This document shows positions 56,181 through 64,000 of a stretch of 64,000 bases of DNA, in pieces. The stretch spans positions 11,118-75,117 of the forward strand of contig NZ_JAIELN010000028.1 in NCBI RefSeq assembly GCF_019753045.1, in the 5' to 3' direction. Numbering within the stretch: the first letter of the stretch is position 1; every line of letters starts with the position of its first letter. Position numbers and translations under genes: made by a program. The stretch comes from Hyphomicrobium sp. GTDB lineage: Bacteria > Pseudomonadota > Alphaproteobacteria > Rhizobiales > Hyphomicrobiaceae. The notes below the pieces were generated by a model. It saw only the letters and a program-made list of their open reading frames with translations, had not been told where the DNA came from and ran no database searches.

Positions 56181-57139
56181 CTCTCGATCCTTCCTTGTGC
56201 GGATGCTTTGATGTGTGCAGATAAGGTATTCGCGATTTCGACGAGCGCTTCGCGGGCACGCGGCACTCCACCGGACATGGCGGTGAAGGCGTGCGGCAAT
56301 GAAGGATAATTGAGCGTCGTCACATGATTGCCTTCGCGTGCCAGGCGATCGCTGAGGGCAAGGCCCTCTGCCAGGAGCAAGTCATTGCCCGCATGGACCA
56401 TTATGGTGGGAGGCAATCCGGAAAGGCTTTTCGCGCGCCCAACAGAGCATCTTGGATCATCCGCATCGCCGGGTGAGCGCATATATTGCTCGGCAAACCA
56501 GATCATATCCGAACGCGACAACGGATAGTTCCGGTCGAAAGGAGTGATCGGCATCGCACGCCGATCCATATCGACGACCGGATAAATCAGCAGTTGCAGG
56601 CAGGGCATGTCCTGCTGCTGATCGCGAAGGCTCAGCGACGCCGCGAGCGCGAGATATCCGCCTGCCGAATCTCCGCCAACCGCGACGCGGTTTGGATCCG
56701 CGCCGATGCTTTGAGCGTTTGCTCGAACCCAGCGGAACGCTGCCAAAGTGTCTTCTAAAGCTGCAGGAAACCGGTGCTCGGGAGCCAGTCGATATGCGAC
56801 AGACAGCACGAGACAACCGCTCCGCTCCGAGATGATGCTGCACGCCGTATGGCAGGTATCAAGATCGCCAAGAACACAACCGCCGAAGTGGAGGTAGATC
56901 AATAACGGCACGTTCGAACGGGTTGCGCCCTTCGGTCGGTAGAGACGTGCCGGCACGGTGGTGACCGGTCCTTCGATTTCGAGATTTGAGACGGAAACAC
57001 TCGTTGAGGCTTGCGCTTCGAGCAAAGATAGAGAGAGGAAGGCCGGCCTCCTCCTGTCCTCTACTGTATCTCCGCTTGGCCTGCTGAAACGCTTCACGAG
57101 CCAGGCATGCATGCCGGCCCGCGGATCAATCCCCGGCAT
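56177..57139 (-). CDS. Alpha/beta-hydrolase esterase/lipase (HSL family)
   Basis: IYLHFGGCVLGD (HGGG-type oxyanion motif), GDSAGG nucleophile elbow, ATGA overlap with the ADH gene. The ORF extends to TTG 57292. ATG 57139 gives the usual ~85 residues before the oxyanion motif. Confidence 0.8.
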   Translation of the reverse strand: MPGIDPRAGMHAWLVKRFSRPSGDTVEDRRRPAFLSLSLLEAQASTSVSVSNLEIEGPVTTVPARLYRPKGATRSNVPLLIYLHFGGCVLGDLDTCHTACSIISERSGCLVLSVAYRLAPEHRFPAALEDTLAAFRWVRANAQSIGADPNRVAVGGDSAGGYLALAASLSLRDQQQDMPCLQLLIYPVVDMDRRAMPITPFDRNYPLSRSDMIWFAEQYMRSPGDADDPRCSVGRAKSLSGLPPTIMVHAGNDLLLAEGLALSDRLAREGNHVTTLNYPSLPHAFTAMSGGVPRAREALVEIANTLSAHIKASAQGRIER

Positions 57140-57527
57140 CTGACGCGCGAGTGATGTGAACCGAAAAAAGCGGGAGATCAAAGGTAGAGAAATTTGGAAT
57201 CCCGACCGCAAAAGCTTCCAACTATTCCGATTCCAGCCATCAAAATCGGCAGCAGGAACGTCATCCGCTTCCCTTGATACGACCACGCTCAATCTCCAAT
57301 CGACTGACGTCGGAGCATTTGAGGACGTGCTGCTGCCCTCAACGATGTAACGGTCATCTCACTGGCTCCGGCTTAGTCGACGGCAACAACGGGGTCGTCT
57401 GATCATCTTCGGATACAAGGTATATTAGCAGTATATTGGTGTCGTCAATTATCGAGTTTTCCTCGCAAACACGCATAATTTTGCTGCAATGCAACGTCCA
57501 AAAATCGAGCAAGAAAGTCCACATAAA

Positions 57528-57544
57528 AATATTGACAATATATT
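57528..57544. promoter_or_regulatory. AT-rich imperfect palindrome with embedded TTGACA in the divergent promoter region (candidate GntR operator / -35)
   Basis: AATATTGACAATATATT at 57528-57544 (AATATTG / CAATAT arms, TTGACA at 57532-57537). Also a direct repeat GTATATT at 57420-57426 and 57431-57437. Confidence 0.3.
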
Positions 57545-57591
57545 TTAGAGCGTCCTTACTGCACGCGTTTGTTGATGCATCGAGGCTGCTT

Positions 57592-58353
57592 GTGCCGAAG
57601 AAGAGAGAGCCATTTCGACTGCCTCAGGCGGAAGGCGAGCGGGAAACGCAAGCGACGAAGGCGTATCACGCTGTTCGCGCAATGATCCTCCGCTGTGAGC
57701 TTCAGCCTGGCTCAGCCATCAACGATCGGTTTTTGACAGAGAAGATTGGATATGGCCGTACGCCGTTGCGCGAAGCCTTGCTTCGCCTGGCTGGCGAAAG
57801 GCTTGTTATCTTTCAGCGCAACCAAGTGATCGAGGTTGCACCCGTCGAGGTATCAGAGGTCAACAGCCTCTATACGTTGAGGCTGCATTTGGAACGGCTC
57901 GCGTGGCGGCTCTGGCTTGAGAACGCATCGAGTAAGCAGATCAGCCGTCTCGCCCATACCTTTGATGCAGTGCCGGCGCTAACGCGCGAAGGAGATGTCG
58001 AAGGCCTGCTGCATCTGGATTTCGAATTCCATTCCCAGGTCTACCAGGAGTGCGGCAATCCCTTTTTGACTCAGGCACTCTATAACCTTTCCGGCGTCAC
58101 CTACCGGCTTTGGTTCATGACCAATACCAACGACGTCAAGGCGCAAGCCGCAACCGCTCGTTCTCATACACCGATCATCGAGGCCGTTCGAAAGCGCGAC
58201 GCACGCGCGTTGGATACGGAAATCGCGCGCCATATCTCGGAAGCCTACGACGCCATCATGGACAAGTTCCGTGTCAACACGGTGAGCCGGATTGGCGAAA
58301 TACCCATTCAACTGCTGACGAAGGAGGAGAGTAATGGACTGCGTGACGCGTAA
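57592..58353 (+). CDS. GntR-family (FadR/FCD-type) transcriptional regulator
   Basis: GTG 57592. Winged-helix LTEKIGYGRTPLREALLRLAGERLV and FCD C-terminal domain (LHLDFEFHSQVYQECGNPFL). Confidence 0.8.
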   Translation: MPKKREPFRLPQAEGERETQATKAYHAVRAMILRCELQPGSAINDRFLTEKIGYGRTPLREALLRLAGERLVIFQRNQVIEVAPVEVSEVNSLYTLRLHLERLAWRLWLENASSKQISRLAHTFDAVPALTREGDVEGLLHLDFEFHSQVYQECGNPFLTQALYNLSGVTYRLWFMTNTNDVKAQAATARSHTPIIEAVRKRDARALDTEIARHISEAYDAIMDKFRVNTVSRIGEIPIQLLTKEESNGLRDA

Positions 58354-59398
58354 ATTACACCGTCTGGTTACGGCCGCGGTTGTTGGAAGTTTCGCATTTT
58401 CCAGCACTGCAATGGCGGGACAGCTCACTGTTCTTTGCTGGGAAGGGTATGCGGACAAGAGCTTTATCGAGCCCTTCGAAGCGGAGTCCGGCTGCAAGGT
58501 GAATGCGGTCTATGTCGGAACGAACGACGAGATCGTGTCGAAGATCATGAGCGGAAGCGGAACCGCCGATCTCATCTCTCCTTCCAATGACACGACCATG
58601 CGGCTTGTGAGCGCCGATGCCGTGTCTCCGATCGATGAAAGCAAAGTTCCCAACATGGCGAACTTTCTCCCGCAGTTTAAGCGGCCGGCGTGGGACGTGA
58701 AGGACGGCAAGCTTTGGGGAGTTCCTTACGGCTGGGGCATCATTCGCGTCATTGCGGACCCTGCCGTCGTAGATCCCAAGACGGATACACTCGGCTTCCT
58801 CTGGGACGCGAAGTACGCGGGCAAGCTTTCGGTTTGGGACGATATCGAGACGGTCTACACGGCTTCGCGGTATCTGGGATTCAAAAACACGTACGATCTG
58901 AGCGACGAGCAGCTCGAGCAAGTCAAGGCCAAGCTCATCGCGATGAAACCGAACATTCGTAAATACTGGTTCACGACCGGTGAGATGGGCACCTTGATGG
59001 CCAGCGGCGAAGCAGTGGGCGGAAACTCGTGGGAGTCCACGATCGTTCAGCTGCGGGCCGACGGCAAGAAGATCGCTGACCTCATGCCCAAAGAGGGTCG
59101 GGGAGGCTGGAGTGACAGCTGGATGATCGTGAAGGGAGCCGAAAGCAACCCCTGCGTCTATCCGTTCCTCAATTACGTATCTTCAGCGAAAGCGCAAGCT
59201 TTGGCGCACAAGGTCACGGGCTTTGGCTATCCCAACGTCCATGTGGCCGACGAGCTCGATGAGAAAACCAGGGCGACCTATACCGAACTGGGCATGACCG
59301 ATCCCGCAACGCTTACCAACGTCGATTGGTGGCAGCCGGTGAAGCGCCGGGCGAAGTATCTCGAAATATGGAACCAGGTGAAGGCGGCGGCAAATTAG
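58334..59398 (+). CDS. ABC transporter periplasmic substrate-binding protein (PotD/PotF polyamine-type)
   Basis: 354 aa. AAGGAGGAG RBS, signal ...VVGSFAFSSTAMA, LTVLCWEGYADKSFIEPFE pattern of family-1 polyamine-type binding proteins. Confidence 0.8.
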   Translation: MDCVTRKLHRLVTAAVVGSFAFSSTAMAGQLTVLCWEGYADKSFIEPFEAESGCKVNAVYVGTNDEIVSKIMSGSGTADLISPSNDTTMRLVSADAVSPIDESKVPNMANFLPQFKRPAWDVKDGKLWGVPYGWGIIRVIADPAVVDPKTDTLGFLWDAKYAGKLSVWDDIETVYTASRYLGFKNTYDLSDEQLEQVKAKLIAMKPNIRKYWFTTGEMGTLMASGEAVGGNSWESTIVQLRADGKKIADLMPKEGRGGWSDSWMIVKGAESNPCVYPFLNYVSSAKAQALAHKVTGFGYPNVHVADELDEKTRATYTELGMTDPATLTNVDWWQPVKRRAKYLEIWNQVKAAAN

Positions 59399-59478
59399 TT
59401 CTTGCTGTCCCCTGAAGGTTCGCGCTGCGAGAGGCGTGCTCGTCTTCTAGTTTGCTAACGATAGGACCATTGAGTGCG

Positions 59479-60567
59479 ATGACCACTGGAATTGAACTTC
59501 GAAATCTTCGCAAACTCTTTGAGGGCCACGGGCACGCCTCTTGGGCAGTTGACGGCGTCGACATGACGATCGGCGCCGGCAAATTCGTCACTCTTCTCGG
59601 GCCTTCCGGGTGCGGGAAGACGACGACCTTACGAATGATTGCCGGTCTCGAGATCCCAACGTCAGGGCAGATTTTGCGAGACGGCCAGGACATCACAGAT
59701 CAGCCTGTCACTGATCGCGATATGCGAATGGTGTTTCAGGATTTTGCGTTGTTTCCGAACATGACAATTCAGGACAACGTCGCATTCGGCCTACGCGTAA
59801 AGAGCAAGCGGGGAAAATATACGGAACCGCAAATTCAACAGCGTGTCGCTGAATTCCTCGATCTCGTGCATCTGAAAGATCATGCCTACAAAAAGCCCCA
59901 TCAGCTCTCTGGAGGTCAGAAGCAGCGGGTATCGTTAGCCCGAGCGCTGGTGACCGATCCAAAGGTGGTTCTATTTGACGAGCCGCTCGGATCGCTCGAT
60001 GCCAACTTGCGCAAGATCATGCAGCTCGAGCTCATTCGCCTGCATCGAGAACTCGGCAAAACATTCGTCTATGTCACGCACGACCAGGACGAAGCCATGG
60101 CGATGAGCGATGCGATCGCGGTGATGTCGCAAGGCAAGGTCATGCAGTTTGGCACCCCCAGGGAAATCTATGATCGCCCGGCCAATCGCTACGTCGCGTC
60201 CTTCATCGGACACGCGCACATCGTGGACGCTACCGTTGACAGCAAACAAGCGGACTCCTTGACCGTCCGTCTCGGAAACGGCGATCGCGTCGGTGTGCGA
60301 GGCAAAGCCGACGCGGCTCCGGGAAGTGCCGTGGGTCTCATGCTGCGCGCGGAAGATCTCACATTCACGGATACCGCCGCAGATGCAATCGGCGGAAAGG
60401 TGGTCGATAGCCTCTATCGCGGCGAATATGTTGAGTACGTCGTCGCCTTGAACGGAAACTCTGGCGTCGTTCACGTCCATGCACGCACGGATCTGCCGCA
60501 GGTCGCGCACGGTTCGACCGTAGCTTTGAAGGTGAACCCGGCCAAGGCACACGTTGTGGTGCATTGA
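59479..60567 (+). CDS. ABC transporter ATP-binding protein (PotA-like)
   Basis: Walker A GPSGCGKTT, signature LSGGQKQRV, Walker B VVLFDEPL, C-terminal TOBE-like domain. Confidence 0.9.
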   Translation: MTTGIELRNLRKLFEGHGHASWAVDGVDMTIGAGKFVTLLGPSGCGKTTTLRMIAGLEIPTSGQILRDGQDITDQPVTDRDMRMVFQDFALFPNMTIQDNVAFGLRVKSKRGKYTEPQIQQRVAEFLDLVHLKDHAYKKPHQLSGGQKQRVSLARALVTDPKVVLFDEPLGSLDANLRKIMQLELIRLHRELGKTFVYVTHDQDEAMAMSDAIAVMSQGKVMQFGTPREIYDRPANRYVASFIGHAHIVDATVDSKQADSLTVRLGNGDRVGVRGKADAAPGSAVGLMLRAEDLTFTDTAADAIGGKVVDSLYRGEYVEYVVALNGNSGVVHVHARTDLPQVAHGSTVALKVNPAKAHVVVH

Positions 60568-60568
60568 G

Positions 60569-61489
60569 ATGACGGCGATGACGACGATTGAACAGACGGT
60601 CGAGATCAAGAGAACCAGCATCCGCAGCGCCCGAGCGATTGAACGCCGAAGGCTCTTTCTTTGGCTGGTGCCGCCGTTGGCATGGTTCACGATCTTCATG
60701 CTGATCCCATACGCCACGCTGCTCTACACGAGCCTTGGTCATGTGGACGACATGCGGTTCATCCCTGGACTATCACTCGACAATTTCGTGCGCGTTTTCA
60801 CGGTCGATCCGTACCTCAGCGTCATCATAAAATCGGCTCGGATTGGCTTGATGACAGCCGTCTTTTCCTCGATCGTCGCCTATCCGCTGGCATTCTATCT
60901 GGCTTTCCACGTTCGAACGCAGCGGCTGAAGTTCCTCATCTATCTTCTCGTGATCGTGCCTTGGTGGGCCAGCTATCTCGTCAAGGCGTACGCTTGGAAA
61001 ACGATCCTTGGATCGGGCGGGATACTCAATGTAGGGATGCAGAGCCTCGGCCTGGTTCACGAACCCGTGCGGTTGTTTCTGTACAACGAATTCAGCGTGG
61101 ACATGACGCTGACGTATATCTTCACGCCATTTGCAGTTCTATCGATCTACGCGCAGCTTGAGAGGGTGCCGACATCCTTGATCGAGGCCGCCCGCAATCT
61201 CGGTGCGGACGGCTGGATGATCTTCAGGCGCATCATCCTGCCGATCAGTGTTCCAGGTGTGGTGGCAGGAGCGATCATCACCTTCTCGCTGGCGTTCGGA
61301 GATTTCGTCGCCCCCGTTCTCGTTGGTGGCCCGGACTCCGTGATGATCTCCAATGTGGTCATCAATCTCCTCGGCGTGGCATTCGACTGGCCGATGGCTG
61401 CCGCAATCGGATTGGTGATTATCTCGCTCGGTCTTCTGCTCATCTCGGCGTCGGGATGGTTGGAAGAAAGAACGCAAACCCGGTTCTGA
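60569..61489 (+). CDS. ABC transporter permease (PotB-like)
   Basis: ~306 aa, six TM segments, EAA-type loop LIEAARNLGADGWMIFRRIILP. Confidence 0.85.
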   Translation: MTAMTTIEQTVEIKRTSIRSARAIERRRLFLWLVPPLAWFTIFMLIPYATLLYTSLGHVDDMRFIPGLSLDNFVRVFTVDPYLSVIIKSARIGLMTAVFSSIVAYPLAFYLAFHVRTQRLKFLIYLLVIVPWWASYLVKAYAWKTILGSGGILNVGMQSLGLVHEPVRLFLYNEFSVDMTLTYIFTPFAVLSIYAQLERVPTSLIEAARNLGADGWMIFRRIILPISVPGVVAGAIITFSLAFGDFVAPVLVGGPDSVMISNVVINLLGVAFDWPMAAAIGLVIISLGLLLISASGWLEERTQTRF

Positions 61490-61497
61490 GAGATCTC

Positions 61498-62292
61498 ATG
61501 CGCGCTTTCGGCAATCGTTCACTTGTAACCACGCTGGCCATGTCGGTGCTCGCATTTCTATACGCGCCGATCTTGGTGATGATGGTCTTTTCGTTCAACG
61601 ACAGCCAGTACACCGGGTTGCCGTTCAATGGATTCACGTTCCGTTGGTACGAAGCACTTTTCAGGGACGATCAAATGCTGACGTCCATCTGGAACAGCGT
61701 TTATGTCGGTCTCGGTGTCGTTGTTATCAGTGTACTCTTTGGCGTACCCGCAGCCATCGCACTCGATCGTTACGAGTTTCCGGGAAAGGGTATGTTCCGG
61801 CGCATCGTGATGTTGCCCATCGTTCTCCCCGGCATCATCACGGGCATCGCTCTTCTCGGGTTTTATCTCACCATTCACCTGCGCCTTTCGCTGTACACGA
61901 TCATGCTTGGCCAGGGCACGGCACTGATGTGCGTCACGATCACCGAGGTATTCGCGCGGCTTCAGCAGCTGGGCAAAAGCCAAGCGGAAGCCGCTGCAAA
62001 TCTCGGCGCCAACGATTGGGAGATCTTTAAGAACGTAACTTTTCCGGGCATCCGCTCGGCGCTGTTCGGAGCGATGTTGATAGCGTTTTCGATCTCATTC
62101 GACGAGATCGCCGTCACCTTCCTGCTCACGGGTCGAGAAAATACTCTGCCTATGACGTTGTGGTCGCTCCTGCGTCGCGAGGTAACGCCAGAAGTAAACG
62201 CCGTCGCCACGCTCATCGTCTTCCTCTCGATCATTTTAATCGTCGCCGGAATGTATGCGTCGCGTGGGAACGCGAACGAAAGGGAAGCCTGA
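61498..62292 (+). CDS. ABC transporter permease (PotC-like)
   Basis: Six TM segments, loop SQAEAAANLGANDWEIFKNVTFP. Alternative ATG 61456 overlaps the upstream gene. Confidence 0.85.
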   Translation: MRAFGNRSLVTTLAMSVLAFLYAPILVMMVFSFNDSQYTGLPFNGFTFRWYEALFRDDQMLTSIWNSVYVGLGVVVISVLFGVPAAIALDRYEFPGKGMFRRIVMLPIVLPGIITGIALLGFYLTIHLRLSLYTIMLGQGTALMCVTITEVFARLQQLGKSQAEAAANLGANDWEIFKNVTFPGIRSALFGAMLIAFSISFDEIAVTFLLTGRENTLPMTLWSLLRREVTPEVNAVATLIVFLSIILIVAGMYASRGNANEREA

Positions 62293-62293
62293 A

Positions 62294-63625
62294 ATGACAA
62301 TCGAAGAAGTCCGCGAGATCATAACGCGAGAAAAGGTCAAGACGGTCATCATTGCGGCAACCGACGCAGCGGGCGTTCTGCGCGGCAAACGGCTGACGGT
62401 TCCCTATTTCTATCATGCCATCGAGGATGGCCTGCACTTCGCGTCGTTTCTTTTGGGGACGACGACGATGGACGAAGTATTGCCGGGGCTGTTTGATACC
62501 GGCATTCCGGACGTGAAGGGCGTAATTGATCTATCGACCTTCCGCGTTGCTCCGTGGGAAGCAAATACCGCGATTGTCTTCATGGATTGGGCGACACCTG
62601 AAGGTTCCCCCCACCCGCTCTGCCCACGTTCGATGTTGAAGCGCAAGGTGGCAGAAGCCAAGTCCATGGGCTTCGATTCTAGCGCCAGCCTCGAGCTCGA
62701 ATTCTACCTGCTGCCGGTATCAATGGCCGAAGTTCGCAAAGGCCGGTGGTCTGATATCGAGCCCGGCTCTCGCGATATTCACTGCTATTCGATTCTGGAA
62801 GGTCACTACTGGGAGCCCATCATCGGAAAGCTGAGAGATTGTTTTCCGAATGAGATCGAAGGCTGCCTGCCTGAGTGGGGGCAAGGTCAGTTCGAGGTGA
62901 ACCTCCATCACTCTGATCCGGTGAAGATGGCCGACACTTCGATCATGCTCAAGCTGGCGACGAAGCAGATTGCATCTCAGGCCGGCGCCATGGCGACGTT
63001 CATGGCGAAGTTTCGCGAAGATTTGTCCGGATGTTCGGGCCATATCCACATCAGCCTGCAGAAGACGATTACAAAAGATCCGGTGTTTTACGACGCCGGT
63101 AAACCGCTGCGCCTCAGCGACACGTTCAAGAATTTTGTTGCGGGCAACATCGACGTGTTCGCGCCTTCGATGATTTTTTACGCGCCGAACGTGAATTCCT
63201 ACAAGCGTCTGCAGTCGATGACGTTCGCCGGAACGACACGCAATTGGGCCATAGACAATCGCACGACCGGCTTCCGCGCGATCAATGCAACGCCCCGTAG
63301 CACACGGCTTGAAGTGCGCATGGCGGGCGCGGACGTCAATCCCTATTACGGATTGTCGATTGCGCTTGGATCAGGATTGCGCGGCATTCGCCTTGGCCTG
63401 GTCCCACCGCCGCCCGCAAGCGGCAATGCGTATGACGACAACGTGGATAAGGTTCCGACTACCCTCTCCGCGGCCGTTGCATGCGCTGCCAACGATAAGG
63501 GGATCCGAGAGGTGCTGTCGCCCGAGGTCGTCGACAACGCTCTCCGCATCGCTGATTTCGAGCTCGGCGTATTTGAGCGAACAGTGACTGATCTCGAGCG
63601 GCGCCGGTACATGGAAACCGTCTAG
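62294..63625 (+). CDS. Glutamine synthetase family protein (gamma-glutamyl-amine ligase-like, PuuA/GmaS type)
   Basis: ~443 aa from ATG 62294. GS beta-grasp N-domain (GVLRGKRL) and catalytic domain with EWGQGQFEVNL and GCSGHIHISL motifs. Confidence 0.8.
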   Translation: MTIEEVREIITREKVKTVIIAATDAAGVLRGKRLTVPYFYHAIEDGLHFASFLLGTTTMDEVLPGLFDTGIPDVKGVIDLSTFRVAPWEANTAIVFMDWATPEGSPHPLCPRSMLKRKVAEAKSMGFDSSASLELEFYLLPVSMAEVRKGRWSDIEPGSRDIHCYSILEGHYWEPIIGKLRDCFPNEIEGCLPEWGQGQFEVNLHHSDPVKMADTSIMLKLATKQIASQAGAMATFMAKFREDLSGCSGHIHISLQKTITKDPVFYDAGKPLRLSDTFKNFVAGNIDVFAPSMIFYAPNVNSYKRLQSMTFAGTTRNWAIDNRTTGFRAINATPRSTRLEVRMAGADVNPYYGLSIALGSGLRGIRLGLVPPPPASGNAYDDNVDKVPTTLSAAVACAANDKGIREVLSPEVVDNALRIADFELGVFERTVTDLERRRYMETV

Positions 63626-63654
63626 GCCGACCTGCACAAGAAAGCGATAGCCAA

Positions 63655-64000
63655 ATGGAAACGATGACCCACAAGGGGCAGGCGGATGAGGTTCAGTATT
63701 TTGACGTCATCATCGTCGGCGCCGGCATTTCCGGCATCGGCAGCGCCCATCAGCTCAAGAGGGAGTGTCCCGAGCTATCGTACGTTCTTCTTGAAACGCA
63801 GGAGACCTTTGGGGGAACATGGCATACGCATCGCTATCCCGGCGTGCGTTCGGACAGTGATCTCTACACTTTCGGATTTAGCTTCAAACCCTGGGTGGAA
63901 TCCCCCATTGCCACCGGCGACCGGATCCTCACCTATCTGAATGCAGTCGTTAAGGAGGACGATCTCGAGCGTCATATCCGGTACCGTCACCGCGTTATTT
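63655..64000 (+). CDS. FAD-dependent Baeyer-Villiger/EthA-type monooxygenase, N-terminal fragment (continues beyond right edge)
   Basis: Absent from the ORF track (no stop in the window). METMTHKGQADEVQYFDVIIVGAGISGIG (GxGxxG) then ETFGGTWHTHRYPGVRSDSDLYTFGFSFKPW, the BVMO/EthA fingerprint. Confidence 0.8.
   Translation, partial: METMTHKGQADEVQYFDVIIVGAGISGIGSAHQLKRECPELSYVLLETQETFGGTWHTHRYPGVRSDSDLYTFGFSFKPWVESPIATGDRILTYLNAVVKEDDLERHIRYRHRVI

Noticed and set aside
55176-56309. 377-aa plus-strand ORF
   Set aside because: Antisense to the Fe-ADH gene.

Overview
GC-rich, gene-dense chromosomal segment. By gene content it looks alphaproteobacterial (Hyphomicrobiales-like), but that is inference only. 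I can support about 60 protein-coding genes, 3 pseudogenes or gene remnants, several intrinsic terminators and a few candidate operator or 5'-UTR structures. I found no rRNA, tRNA, CRISPR array, transposase, integrase, phage gene or recognisable defence gene.

Layout:
- 1-10.3 kb: housekeeping and sensory genes (cysteine-synthase-like fragment, HAD hydrolase, globin-coupled MCP, EF-hand protein, gdhA, small secreted proteins, dihaem cytochrome c, UDG-family protein, DUF488).
- 10.7-23.8 kb: a Tat/Sec-signal, glycine-rich, Hint-domain protein lying tail-to-tail with a type II secretion locus (gspD divergent from gspE-F-G-H-I-J-K-L-M plus a GspC/N-like gene).
- 23.9-31.9 kb: a metal-flavoured block (TIGR02466-type 2OG oxygenase, CopC-like protein, a 669-aa secreted PHP-like metallo-phosphoesterase divergent from an operon of a membrane-anchored parvulin plus three HupE/UreJ paralogs, then an SLT-like protein).
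- 32.3-35.0 kb: a DCC-thiol-oxidoreductase::lipase-maturation-factor fusion translationally coupled to a DUF5996-like gene.
- 35-41.4 kb: a decaying stretch (amidohydrolase remnant, frameshifted PepSY-TM gene, plug-less TonB-dependent receptor pseudogene) around an intact NRAMP transporter.
- 41.6-53.2 kb: redox and lipid genes (three PRX_like2 CXXC paralogs, LysR/bdhA pair, cupin, MFS, secreted metzincin, DUF302, patatin, DoxX).
- 53.5-64 kb: divergent operons for amine/alcohol catabolism (esterase, Fe-ADH, ALDH versus GntR, ABC importer, glutamine-synthetase-like ligase, BVMO fragment).

I cannot demonstrate a wholly new system from sequence alone. The best leads are:
- the autoprocessing-type Hint protein with a low-complexity Gly/Asn/Ser passenger next to the T2SS;
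- the PHP-like enzyme, parvulin and triple-HupE module;
- the DCC-LMF plus DUF5996 pair;
- two atypical T2SS parts, a lipobox-bearing secretin and a GspG with a 33-36 aa basic leader.

Note on the ORF track: it renders GTG and TTG starts as M. Several starts were re-chosen here and remain uncertain.
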